DNA of 63,355 bases, filler included, from Choristocarpus tenellus KU-1152 (Eukaryota; Protista; Phaeophyceae): NCBI GenBank assembly GCA_964200185.2. It is 12 parts of 12 records of this genome, joined end to end, with 100 filler letters (N's around TTAATTAATTAA, not from the genome) between each part and the next. Parts side by side here need not be neighbours in the genome. Positions count along the whole stretch, not along the records: positions 1 to 3,983 come from CAXNAD020016801.1; positions 4,084 to 8,215 come from CAXNAD020016061.1; positions 8,316 to 15,939 come from CAXNAD020005857.1; 9 more parts are not named here. The stretch is one strand, 5' to 3'. Numbering within the stretch: the stretch's first letter is position 1; every line of letters starts with the position of its first letter. Position numbers and translations under genes: made by a program. The notes beneath the pieces are model-generated. The model was not told the origin of the DNA, did no database searches, and saw nothing but the letters and a program-made list of their open reading frames with translations. This document shows positions 1 through 11,879 of the stretch, piece by piece.

Positions 1-3000
1 GTTGTATAGGTTTTTAGTTTTGTTTGTAGGGGGGGTGAGGGGTTGGGGTCCTGGGTGGGGGGGGGGGGGGGGAGGGGGGAGGGGGGAGTTGCGGTGGTGT
101 GTTGTCATTTTATTTCAAAGCAAATTTGATGTTCTTTGGTGAGTCCCCTCACCACCTGTCTGCCTCCCTGCCTGCCTGCCTGCCATTTAGGTGGAGTGAG
201 GGGAGGGAGGTTTGGGTACACACACAAGGAGACAGGGTCTCTCATTTGTGGTATAGGTCTGTGGGCATAAGAGAGAGCTTATCCAGAGTATTGTGTGTGT
301 GTTCAACGGTTTCTTTTTTGAGCCCTCAATTGAATCTCGTTCTTGTTTGTCAATCTGCTTCTCTATCACTCTACCACCCACCCCCTTGTGCTCATCATAC
401 CCCCCATTATTGCTTCCAGAGATGGCCCTGGCCCTTCCTGTATGAGGTAGGAGATAGGAATCCGGGAGAGGGGGGGGAGATATGATGGCTTGGGATTTTG
501 TAGCTAAGGACAAAATCTGTACTGGTTCATTATACAAAGCATTATTCTGACATCATTCGGATGTTTCACAGCATCATCAGGGGTATTTTGCTCCTGTCCG
601 GTTGGGGGAGAGGTATGGTTTGACCAGGAGCAGTTCTAGAATCTATCACATTTCTTGATGTGATCCGACCGATCTCCTCATATGGTTGGTTGCAGTGTGT
701 GAACCACCTGGTTGAATTTACAAGTGTGCTGCATACATAGTGGCACGTAGGACGCTATGACATTTGTATACGGATAATAATGTTAGGTGCTGCAGCATCG
801 CCTACTTGGTACTTCTAGAAAAGGGGCCAAGTTGATGAATGTATGTAGTCCATACATATACAGTGGCACATAGGATGCTATGACAATTCTATGCTGGTAA
901 CAATGATGTTCACTGCTGCAGAGTCACCTCCTTGCTGAAAATGTTAAATTTGTCAACATTTCTTGTGGAAGTGATACTGTCTGCTGTTGTGGTCAATCCA
1001 TGGTTTGATTTGCTCCACCTGTAGAACTAGACTATTCATATTACTCGAACTACAGCAATGATAATGGCGCACTTTGCAATGATCATACAAAAAAAGTCTT
1101 GGGTAGAAAAAAAAGTAACACTGTGATGAACCTTGCCTTATCCGAGGAAGATATGATTCACTATACGATATTAAATACATAACGAAAATGTTTCCTGGAT
1201 CATTATGCCTCTCAAACTTCTTGTTATCACGATCACTTTGGTCCAATAACGATTGGTTCAACAACAGCATCTCTTCTTGTTAGAGTTTGTTCTCATTATC
1301 ATAATTCACAGCGAGTCCCTCCTACCTCAGCAGCAGTTACACCTCAAGCTACTACCGATAATTGCAATCATTAAGCCAATACTGGAACCACTCTTCATTA
1401 TGCCCTTGTCTTCCTTCTCGTGGTATCATACCAGCAATGAAATGAACCTTCGCTGGGATCCTCAGCATGAACAATGGCTTCGTACATTTCTTTCAAGTTA
1501 CCTCAGAAAACAAGCACCAGCAACAAGAAAGATCTTTCTAAAAGCAAACAGCATGGTGTACTCTTTTTTTGCTTGATATTAATATTGCTATTTGTTTCAC
1601 ATTCCTGACCGCCATGGGACTCCCCAAACAGAAATCCGTCAATACTTCTATCTTACATATCGACAGATTTAACAAACAAAATAAAAATAAAAACGTTACC
1701 AGTTGACATAAAAGAAATGGGAGTCCCACATTCCTTTAACACTCCTTTATGTTCGAGTCTGTGATAATTTGTGTTTTGACCCAAGTGCAACGACCTCTTT
1801 TGGCACATGCGTGCCCTCCAACATTTCCTTTCACATTATTGAGAACTGCAAAGCTAAACAAATACACACCCAGAAGAGAAAATAAAAAGAGCACCTACCC
1901 GTCCCATCTATTCATCCACCCCCACCTATGTGATCCTAAATGTGAGTACAAGAAGTCACACTCTGGGTGCAAATGACTACCCTACCCACAACACACAATC
2001 CTTCACCACCATCGACACTGCTTCCGCCAAAGAGGTCACATGCCACCCGCAAACAGCCTCCTTCCTCCAGAAAAGACCCTGAGAAACTTCAATCCAACCC
2101 ACATCAAGGACACCTTTGTTTGAACCTCTACTCAATGCAGACAGGGAGAACGAATTCAATAAGGACCTACTTCGCTTTTTCAACACTTTTACAACAAGTC
2201 AAAATCAACCACAAAACTCAGTGACAGCAACAAAAGATCAGAAACCAGTGCCACAACAACAAAAAATCCTTTATATCTAACAAAAGATTCTTGGTGGATG
2301 AGAAAGTGGAGGAGGGAAGGGGAATGATAGATAGAGTGGGGGGAGTCACTCTCACCCCATCTACCCTTCCATCACACACTCATGCCCCACGAATGGCAAT
2401 CTGGATCAATAAAATGGAAACAAAGTGTGATTGGCAGCTGCCCATTCCACCCACAAAATAAGTCATCGAGGTACAACCTTAACCCCGAAAAAAAGAAGAG
2501 TGAATTTGGATGCAATCTACTTAAACTGCTACGATAAACAAGCCTGGAGATGCCACCAATCATCACCAGTTCTAGACCAGCAACTTGGGTACCCCTCTCT
2601 CCTTGAAATGTGCACCACTCAATGTATTACTTTCCAAATATTAGCCCCCTCCTCCCTCCATCCCCAAACTCCTGCTCTTCCCCCCCCCCCTCCCCCCCCT
2701 TTCAAACACTTCAAACGCACGACATTTTTTCCCATACGAAAAGTATGATCCACTTTTGCTTCATCAGTTCACAACAACCTTCACCACAGTCAATTCGCCG
2801 CTCTCTCCTCCCTCACCCCTCCTTCCACCACCCTGCTCAAGCCACACTCTCCCCCACTCATCCTACAACAAAAACACTGTATCACATCACTTCCCTACAC
2901 GGAAAACACCCACACGCAATTCCACAGTGGTTTGTACTTTCTCAAAGTTTGTCACTGAAGGCAAAACTCGTATCATCTCATCTCAACACACAGTCACCAC

Positions 3001-3906
3001 TTCCCACTCACATAGAAAACAAACAACACGAATACAAAACAAAACAAAACAAAACAAAACCTATCACCGCTCCGCCCCCTCCCTACCCTCCATCCAACGT
3101 CTTCAAATCACTCAAAAATTGAAAGAAAAAAAAGAAGACACACACACACAGCAATCAAAACTACTATACTGAGAGGTTCATTGTCAACCTCTTCTCATAC
3201 GAATTGAGTGACAAAAGATCTATCTTCTGTCTGCAACACATGCAAGGGGGATGGAGGGATGACATATCTCGTGACAGCAAATCCACCCTCCACAACGCAC
3301 TCTCCAACTACAATATAGGAATTCTTCAAGTTTTTTTTTTCAGAACCAAAAAAACAAAAACAAAAATAAACACCAAACACCTCAACCGCCCTCCTCCCCT
3401 CTAACAACACTCATACTTTTGCTGCTCCTGCCCCCACCTCACACAATTTGCCTCACACCTATCAGCTATCAACTTTACAGGGGATTCGGGAAAAAAAGTG
3501 GGGGGAGGGGGGGAGGGGATGTGCAAAAAAAATCATCTAGAACAAATTTCCACAAAAAAATATATATATTACCTTTCTGAGGATAAATATTGTACACGAA
3601 TGTGAGACAGCTATCGTTGCCCTTTCAGCAAAAGAAAAATGTAGATGGCTTTTTGTCAGTGCACTATTTTTCCACTTTAGCGCCAGTAAGCCCAAAAGAA
3701 ATCATTTGGATGAAAGCATTCGGATCCAAGTCCCTTCCTTTACTCAAGGTGATCCACTCTTCCATCTCTACTCACCCTATCTATGTTGGATATGACTTTG
3801 ATGGTGGTAACCACTACCTGGTTATCTTCTCGAACCAAGATACTCCTGTAGACAAAAAACATGATGCGGGACACACGAGGGGAGGGGGGGGGGGGGGGGG
3901 GGGGGG

Positions 3907-3978
<72 letters not shown>

Positions 3979-3983
3979 GAATA

Positions 3984-4083
3984 NNNNNNNNNNNNNNNNN
4001 NNNNNNNNNNNNNNNNNNNNNNNNNNNTTAATTAATTAANNNNNNNNNNNNNNNNNNNNNNNNNNNNNNNNNNNNNNNNNNNN
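3984..4083. other. Artificial contig linker (N-run + TTAATTAATTAA + N-run), first of 11
   Basis: The same 100-bp linker with all-frame stops occurs at about 3984, 8216, 15940, 19477, 25600, 32626, 35524, 43436, 52284, 55398 and 59561. It explains the 'LIN' ends in the ORF track. Confidence 0.97.
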
Positions 4084-4609
4084 GGCGTGCCGCACTGCAA
4101 GCGCAACCCTGGTAGGGACACTTTGGCACCCTTCCTACGCGGGGTCCCCCGGGTCGATGAGGGGGTTGCCATGTCGATGTTCTGACCTCAAAATCACCCG
4201 AAAAGAGCCCTACTTTGACGGCTTGAAATACCTCGTGCTTGTACCTGATGATCCTCGATTCCCAGCTTTTCTGAAAGCTGAGATTGTCAGTCCAATTTCA
4301 TTCTATGGGGTTATCGTCCGATTCGGTGCCGTTCTCACTCAGCAAGTCCAGATGTTTCGCAGCACATACTTATGACACGGAGGTAATACATACTGTACAG
4401 TGCTGCTTCCTCTGCTCGGAATTAAATGTCACAAAACCTTTGCGAGCTCCATTCTCGCCCAAGAACGACCCACATTGCAAACCCTCTGGACGAGGCTTAG
4501 TTCTCATATTGATTGGGAGGCGTGCAAAGTTGAGTCATCATCTGTGGAGGATCACCAGCACAGAGTTGACCGAGTCATATTTGACAGGGTTCAAAAACAT
4601 TGCAAAACT

Positions 4610-5765
4610 GTCAAAGCAGGTGTTATTGGGATCCTAGGATGAAGGCCCCTTGCAGTTCAAGTGGCTCGATCATCCCGTCATCACCTGTTGGTCCCAACTC
4701 TTCAGCCCAGAAGTCTGTCCTGGGTGAGAACTCAAACAACCCGATGAAGAACAGTGTGGTGGTGCGATGCCTGGAGGTGGGAGGGCGCGAGACTCGGATG
4801 CCTCAGGGGGAAGTGGAGGCCATTTTGAACTACTTCAGAATTTCCCAAATCACTCATTCTGTCATCTGAAGGAGTATGACGGTCAGGTTGCATGGGGTGA
4901 ATCTATGGACCTTGTATGACGTCAACAAGGGGCAATGTGGCCGCCGTACAAGTATCCTCAACATTTAGTATACCCCATCAGTACACCGCACATCCTTCCG
5001 CAAATGGGCAGCCAAAGGTGGGGTCTCCCTTACCTAGTTGTGGGATCTGTGAAAGCGCCAGAAGGTGAAGAAGGTCAAGCAGTGGATAAGGCCAGTCCTC
5101 TCCGACCACGAGAAACTCAATAGGATGGGTTTCGTCATCAGTCACACGCACAGAATGGGGGGAAGTGGGGATTAGTGGACGATCTATATGACTGGGTGCA
5201 TGTGGAGACAAGGTGTGGTTTTACATCAGCTCAAAAATGAGCAAGGTGTGTAACTGCACCCAACTTCACTGAGGACCCCCCCAACCCCCCACGGGCACAG
5301 AATAAGCGTTGCACTATGAAGGTGATGTTTGCTGCAGCTGTAGCCTGCTCTAGGAAGCCCTCCTACGGGGTGCGGTTCGATGGGAAATCAGGATCTCGTC
5401 AATTTTGCAGACACTCAGGTCACTCAGTGCTCCAGTAAACACCTCGCCAAGGGCACCAGGGTGCTTGTGCCAGTTGCGGTGGACAAGGAGAGGTATAAGA
5501 AGCTCATGATCGAGGATATCATCCTGGCAATCAAGGCCCGCATGCCTGGGCCGGAAGGACACATCATCTTCATGCAGCAGGGTGGAACAAAGCCACACAC
5601 CAAGGTTGGGATCATAGAGGCAGTTGTGGAGGCAGTGGGCGGGACGACATTGCCATAGAGACCCAGCCAGTCAACTCACCTGACCTCAAACGTCAACGAC
5701 CCAGGATTCTTCCATTCCATCCAGCAACTAAAGGAAGACATGAGGGTCACCAACTCGGAGGAGAG
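4610..5765 (+). mobile_element. Decayed Tc1/mariner DD39D-type (plant mariner-like) transposon
   Basis: Frameshifted motifs DLYDWVHV(D)KVWFY, KVMFAAAVA, VAVDKERYKKLMIEDIILAIKARMP, QQGGTKPH, QPVNSPDL, GFFHSIQQLK. The segment is homologous to 55670-57030 (-). Confidence 0.85.
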
Positions 5766-5843
5766 CCCGAGCATTTAAGAGGGAAGGGCTGCATCTGTTT
5801 GGGGTCATAAATCCAATGTTTTGATTTTGATGAATTTTTACTA

Positions 5844-6103
5844 GAGTGAAAGTAACTTAGAGGGTACAAGTTTCGCCCTGTTTGTCTGTTTGGGCCTTGG
5901 CTTCCTACGGGTCTTTTTATGACATTTTACCCTATTCGAAATGTTTTGAAGTAGGTAAAACGTGTATGTTATCAAAAAGTGCACCCGGCACAAGGATATC
6001 GACAGTTCCTATCAAACACGATAACCAAAATTACATCAAAATATCGGCATTGGATCTTGGCCTTCAAACGGACGCAGCTCTACCCTCAAAGATACTTCGT
6101 CTC
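5844..6103. mobile_element. MITE family B (GAG...CTC termini, Sola-like)
   Basis: TIR GAGTGAAAGTAACTTAGAGGG / CCCTCAAAGATACTTCGTCTC, with flanks ACTA/GCTA (4-bp TSD, one mismatch). A partial further copy lies at about 6130-6295. Confidence 0.75.
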
Positions 6104-6779
6104 GCTATCATGTTTGTTAGCAAGTGTAATTATCCTTGCTCTGGATACACTTTTCATAGTTCTATACATTTTACCTACTCCAAAGTCCAAAATATGCACA
6201 CAGAAAACCGAAAAGGGGCATAAAAAACCTGTGGGAAGCCAAGCCCCGAATGTACAAACAGGACAAAACTCCTACCCTCTTAAATGCTTTGACTTGGTGT
6301 TTTCCTGCAACCCTTTATTTGTGATGTTTCGACATACCTGCTGCGACCACGTACAGGTATCCCACATATTTCTTCATTTGCCAGATTCTCCTGACGACAC
6401 TGGTGCTTGACTTCATGGACATCAGTCATGTGGAGGGAAGAGTTAAGTATGGAAAGTAGTGACCTCACCAGGCTCCTGCCAGTCGTTGTGAAGCACTTCT
6501 TCCCAATGCACAGTCAAGAACTGTCTCACAGGTAGGCTGTCACACTCCTTGCATGTCGTACTGGTTCTGTGAGTCCTCTCTGTGTTTCCTCTCCTGTTTT
6601 CGACTTTCTATCTGTCTTCAAAGATTCTTCTCTGTTTGTCAAAGGCTCACATCCGCTGTGCCCTGCTACCTTTATGGGGCAGGCAGGATCCCTTGGTGAG
6701 CCACACCAGGAGATTGATTTGTAGAGCATCATAGGAGGCACATGGAGCTCTGCCTGGAGCTCAGTCTATCATATTTTCT

Positions 6780-7037
6780 GAGCCAAAGTATCTTAGAGGG
6801 TAGGACCGCGTCCATTTGAAGGCCAAATCCGTTGTTACGATTTTGATGTAGTTTTGTCTATCGTGATTGTTAGGAAGTGTCAATATCCTTGTTTCGGACA
6901 CACCTTTTCATAACATATACATTGTACCTACTCTGAAACACTTTGTAGTAGGAAAATGTCATAAAAAAAAACATGGGGAGTCAAGCCCCAAATGGACAAA
7001 CAGGGCAAAACTCGCACCCTCTAAGATACTTTCGCTC
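6780..7037. mobile_element. MITE family B, complete copy
   Basis: TIR GAGCCAAAGTATCTTAGAGGG / CCCTCTAAGATACTTTCGCTC with a perfect 4-bp TSD TTCT (6776-6779, 7038-7041). Confidence 0.85.
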
Positions 7038-7163
7038 TTCTGCAGACTTTCTGGGTGCTGCAAGGTGCACCTGGCTCTAACGCAAAATTGTGCAAGGAAC
7101 TCAAACATTCCATGAAAAGTGTGCGCCTTCTGCTTCCCCCATCCACCTCACCTAAACCATTGT

Positions 7164-7436
7164 GAGTCATAGTATCCTGGAGGGAAGGTAAGGCGTCCAC
7201 TGGAGGCCTGTGTGACTCTGTAGTGATCCTCGTGTCATTTGAGAAAACGTGTCATATGTAAGGGACATTTCCTTCATCTGGATGAACCTTCCTTTCCCAT
7301 CCCCCTGCCTAGACCAAATCCGAAGGAAAATCGCCCACAAAGCAGGCATGAAACTTGAGTGTTTTACAACACCTGATCAAGCCCCGAATGGACGACCTGG
7401 TCTGAAACCCCTCCCATCTCGAGGATACCATGAACC
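7164..7436. mobile_element. MITE family C
   Basis: Imperfect TIR TCATAGTATCCTGGAG / CTCGAGGATACCATGA. The body is homologous to 60311-60585 and carries the CCCCGAATGGAC subterminal motif. Confidence 0.65.
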
Positions 7437-8315
7437 TAAAACCTACACTTTCATTCCCATAAACGCACATGCAAAATTCTCAACCTGTTGTGGTTCAACC
7501 TTCATTTCCATCATGTAATGGTGTGGGTAGATGAAGTGCTGTTAGGTGGAGATGATGGATATGAACAATAACATCTTTGCATAGCACACTACTGCTGCAA
7601 CAGAATTCTGTGCAAATCAAGCTCTGAAGAGTATAAGCATAAGGGAATAATTTATTTGTTTATGATGAGAATTTTCTCTAGGCTGCCTTTGTTCAGTGCT
7701 TCTCGGAAAGTTATCAGCACTTCCTCAGTCACACCACTGTCCCTCAATGCTTGGCCCCCTGTGACAGATGAAATTGCTTATGGCAGTGAAGGAGATGCTA
7801 CACCATGCATTGGTGGAAGGATCCCTCTAAGATCACCGCAGCATTGATGTCTCCAAATACACCATGGATGCAGTGGTCTGACTGCTTCTCAGGACTCATC
7901 CCATGCCAGCTTGACAACCTTGGTCTGGCAAAGTGTTTGCAGTTCTGTTCTCATCAATTCTGGCAAGGACTTGTGCAAAATAGGAACCGATGACCTAGTT
8001 CATTCAGTTGATTGGTATCTTAGACGAAAAATAGTCTGATTTGATAACGGTGATAAATGTTTTCCGTAAGGTCAACATAATGTTGGGGCACTGTATATTG
8101 AGAGATGACAATTTTCATGGTATTTTATGTGTGTGGCAAGGGATTTTGAGAGATCCTGTAATATGTAATATCAACACGCAGCAAGAGCACACCTACCTAA
8201 AAAGTCACACTCTTGNNNNNNNNNNNNNNNNNNNNNNNNNNNNNNNNNNNNNNNNNNNNTTAATTAATTAANNNNNNNNNNNNNNNNNNNNNNNNNNNNN
8301 NNNNNNNNNNNNNNN

Positions 8316-8386
8316 CCCAAAAATCGCGACATGAAAAAATTGACCCCAGATGGACAGCCGCCACCCCCTCCCAGATACTTTGAGCC
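8316..8386. mobile_element. MITE family A, right end at contig start
   Basis: AAAAAATTGACCCCAGATGGACAGCCGCCACCCCCTCCCAGATACTTTGAGCC matches the end of the complete copy at 58232-58412. Confidence 0.75.
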
Positions 8387-9869
8387 AATAATCTTAGCAG
8401 AGTATCTGCAAACAGGGGCTTTTAATATATGATGTGAATTGAGGATATTTCTGGTGCCGCAGATTTGTAGGTGACTATATAGTAGGTCCTTAGTCTACAG
8501 GGTGTCACATTGCAGTCAAACTCAGTCCTCCCTTCCGACTATAACCTTGATGAAACTACAGTAAACGTTTGAACAACTCATACGATAAATGTGTATAGAA
8601 CCAGTTATACTCAATCAAGCTTATTTGATTCCTTGCAGGTATTTAAAGGCTCCAGGAAGGGTCAGGACCTGTGGGGACGGATACTTTGTCCAGGTCAGAT
8701 ATCTCTTACATGTCTTTCTCTCATCAGTATCATCATGGTAGTTTCTACTCCTCTGAGGAAGGAGATGAATAATGTGTATGGGTTGTGTACCTCAAGGCAG
8801 TCCCTGGTCTTAGGCTGCAGTCTAGAAAAGAAAGGACCTCTTTGACAAGAAAATCAAAACGTGATTTGTTGCAAAGGATCCATTGCTTCACAAATATTTT
8901 AGGATGACTGGGTCACATGGTGATCATAAATCAACAACTAGCACAGTTGCATAGTCTTGGAGTGTGTGCCTCAGAAATCACCCTTTTGGCTGTGTGACTT
9001 GCAAGGCTGTTGATAGTTTGATCCCACATGATATACATTGGTCTGATTTGGAGATATTGTTTCTAGAGCTTACACCCTTTCCTCAGAGGGGTGGAATGGA
9101 GAGACTGTATTGGTGCAGCACAATCTTGGTATACTGCCTTCTAAGCAGATATCGGTGGTGCATGGGGCGATCTCAAACTCCGAATTTCCTCACTGAGTTC
9201 TCAAGCTGGTTCATTGCATTAAGATATTTTCATCTTCCGTTTGAAGGTGCAACCAACCCATGTACTGTTAATATTTCCACCCAGGGCATATGACTGTGTG
9301 ATTCCTATAAGTTTCTCGGAAGATAGTAACGTAGACATGGGGCATGTATCCCAACTATCTAGGATGCAATCGTAACTTCTGCAACGTGCACACTCCCAAC
9401 CCCCATTTCATTCTGCACACAACCAAGCTCAAATGCTGTGACTGCTTGCTTTGTCTGATGAGAAACGTATGACCACAGCAATGATGTGTCTCCCATGTGC
9501 TAACTGATACATTTTTGCAGTTGGGCCTTGGCAAGGATATCTTGGGTGTCCACTTACCGAGGACATTACTGGGTCTCTTTTTAGAGAGGGTGAGAGGATT
9601 ATTGTCTGATGGGAGACTGGATGGATCTGGACAGTGGGCATGCATGCTGGTCAGTATCTCCATTTAACTCCACGTCCATCACACATGCACCTCAAATGAA
9701 TCATGTTATTTGTACTCAACCATCAGCTCTACTTCGTTTGTTGTTTCAGGTTCACCCTTCCAGGTCTTACTGCTACCCCTGCCTCAAGCACCTACTCACC
9801 CCCACAACCCTCTCTGTCCATTTTCTTGACCCGAAACTCGATACCCACTGGAATTGTGGTGGTTGTATC

Positions 9870-11848
9870 AACGTGAAGACTACCATGGTGGCATGCGTAT
9901 CTATCTGCACTACAGCCCTGACTGTGGATGGAAGGGTCTTTACCTGGAGTGCAGTGGAGGATAGGGGCTTGGGGCGGGGTGGAGACGAAGTTTCCTGCAA
10001 AGGTGAGACTATGATGATGCTTGTTGTGTTGGAGGCAGTGATAGGGGGGCAGGCTTGATATGGATGAGAACCTTGAGATCATACACCACGCATCCTTACT
10101 CACAGATGCCACCTGCTTGAGGAGAAGAATTTCTGAGCTCAACTATTTCTAGCCTGATATTCCTGTTTTCAGTCACTTGCGCAGCCTAAGGGGCTCAGGG
10201 CTCAATAGTACGTTCTGATTCTCCTACATGGTAAGATTTGAGAGGATATGCTAGACGTAAGTAGTGCTGTTCCTATGAAACTCTTGTACTTTTGCTTTAT
10301 GACACTGGTTATCATCATAAAATGCCTTGGTGGTATTCAGATATGCTTTGCGGTGCTCTAATGATTCACACCTCTACATGAAGTCAACCAAAGGCACGAT
10401 GTTGTGTGCCCAATCACTGTACGCAACAAACGGTCTTGGATTACAGAAATATTACCATGTCACAGTTGTAGTGGTTTGGGTTGTAGATAGGACCCTGGCA
10501 GGACCTGTGGCATCCTCGCATAAATGTACATACCACTAAGAAATTTCAAAGTGCAAGGTGAATAGAAATGATTGAACGATGCAGAAATAACAAGTACTCA
10601 AAAATTCCTTAGAAGAGTGATACATTAAAATGCACACACACACACACCTTTATACAAATATGTGTGTGTATGTGAGTTTCTGAAATCAATGTGCTTACTC
10701 TAGTCACCCCAATGTGTATGCTCTACAAGAGTCTAAAGTGTGCAGGAGAGTAGCCTTGGTCTCTGAAAAGACAAGTGAGAATTCAGCATTCCGAATCAAC
10801 GTGTCTATGAGGGTCTCCCAAAAGAGGCTCTCACCACGCATCTATTGACGTCCAAATGAGAAAATCTTTCTAGCTCTTTAGATCAAAATCATGGTGCATT
10901 CACATGTTGTCCAGGTTCACATGGGTATAATTCAGGAGCATCCCATACTCCACAGTCTACATAAAGGTAGTTTACATATTTCCTTTTTCTGCATTTTGCT
11001 GTGACCATGTGGAAATCTTTGCTTTTTGTCAAGATCAAAATTTTGATATTCACATCTTCGAATGACTCTGTTTTGAGGTTTTGGATTTTTTTCAGCTTCT
11101 GCGATTTTTGCCATGATATGACTGGTCCTTCCTCACTCAAAGCGTGTTTAGGGAAATACCCAGCATCTTAACCTAACCTCTATGTGCTGTATATATCCGG
11201 GACAAATTATGTTATATATCACTGCCCAGGTAACAATTGATTGATGTGCAAGGAAGTGGATATTTGTTGGTATGCATTAACAATCTATGCAGGTGGTTCG
11301 GTGCAGGTAATACCTTCATTCATAGCACAAAGGCTAAGGATAGCACTGTGCATTTTCGTGAGAATCAACATCACATTCTTGAGAAAAGGGGGGTCAAATG
11401 ATGTGGTGTATTTCTCTCTAAAACCCTGGGGGGAAGATACTGTTTCATTTTGTATAGCCTATTTGTGAGTAGTTGCTACCACCACCCGACAAGCCTACCA
11501 CTGCCCAGGCTATTTGTCCTTGTCCCAACCCTGTGTGTCCACCCTCTTGTCATGCTCACACTGCTTCGGTCTGTCTCTCACAAAGGTGGAAGGAGATCTG
11601 GTGGATGAGGTTTTTTGCAGGTAACCTTGGGGAGTGCCAGTCCCTTGCTGTGTGCTTATCTGGCAATGTTTTTGGATGGGGTGGTCACAGAGAAAACGTC
11701 AGAGAAGAAGAGAGCAGTGCTAGCCCTCATTGTGCACGTTTAGAGGCATTACTTGCCAACAGTATACACAAGTCTTGACCGGAAATCTAGTCTAGAGATG
11801 ACTGGAGGTATCCTTGTGTCCGATTTCTAGGGATGCAGATAGAACCAT

Positions 11849-11879
<31 letters not shown>

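Noticed and set aside
1749-3983. Numerous Pro/His/Thr/Lys-rich ORFs and homopolymer runs
   Set aside because: Low-complexity C/A-skewed sequence and low-quality contig ends.
4028-4039. TTAATTAATTAA palindrome recurring every few kb
   Set aside because: It is an assembly linker embedded in N-runs.
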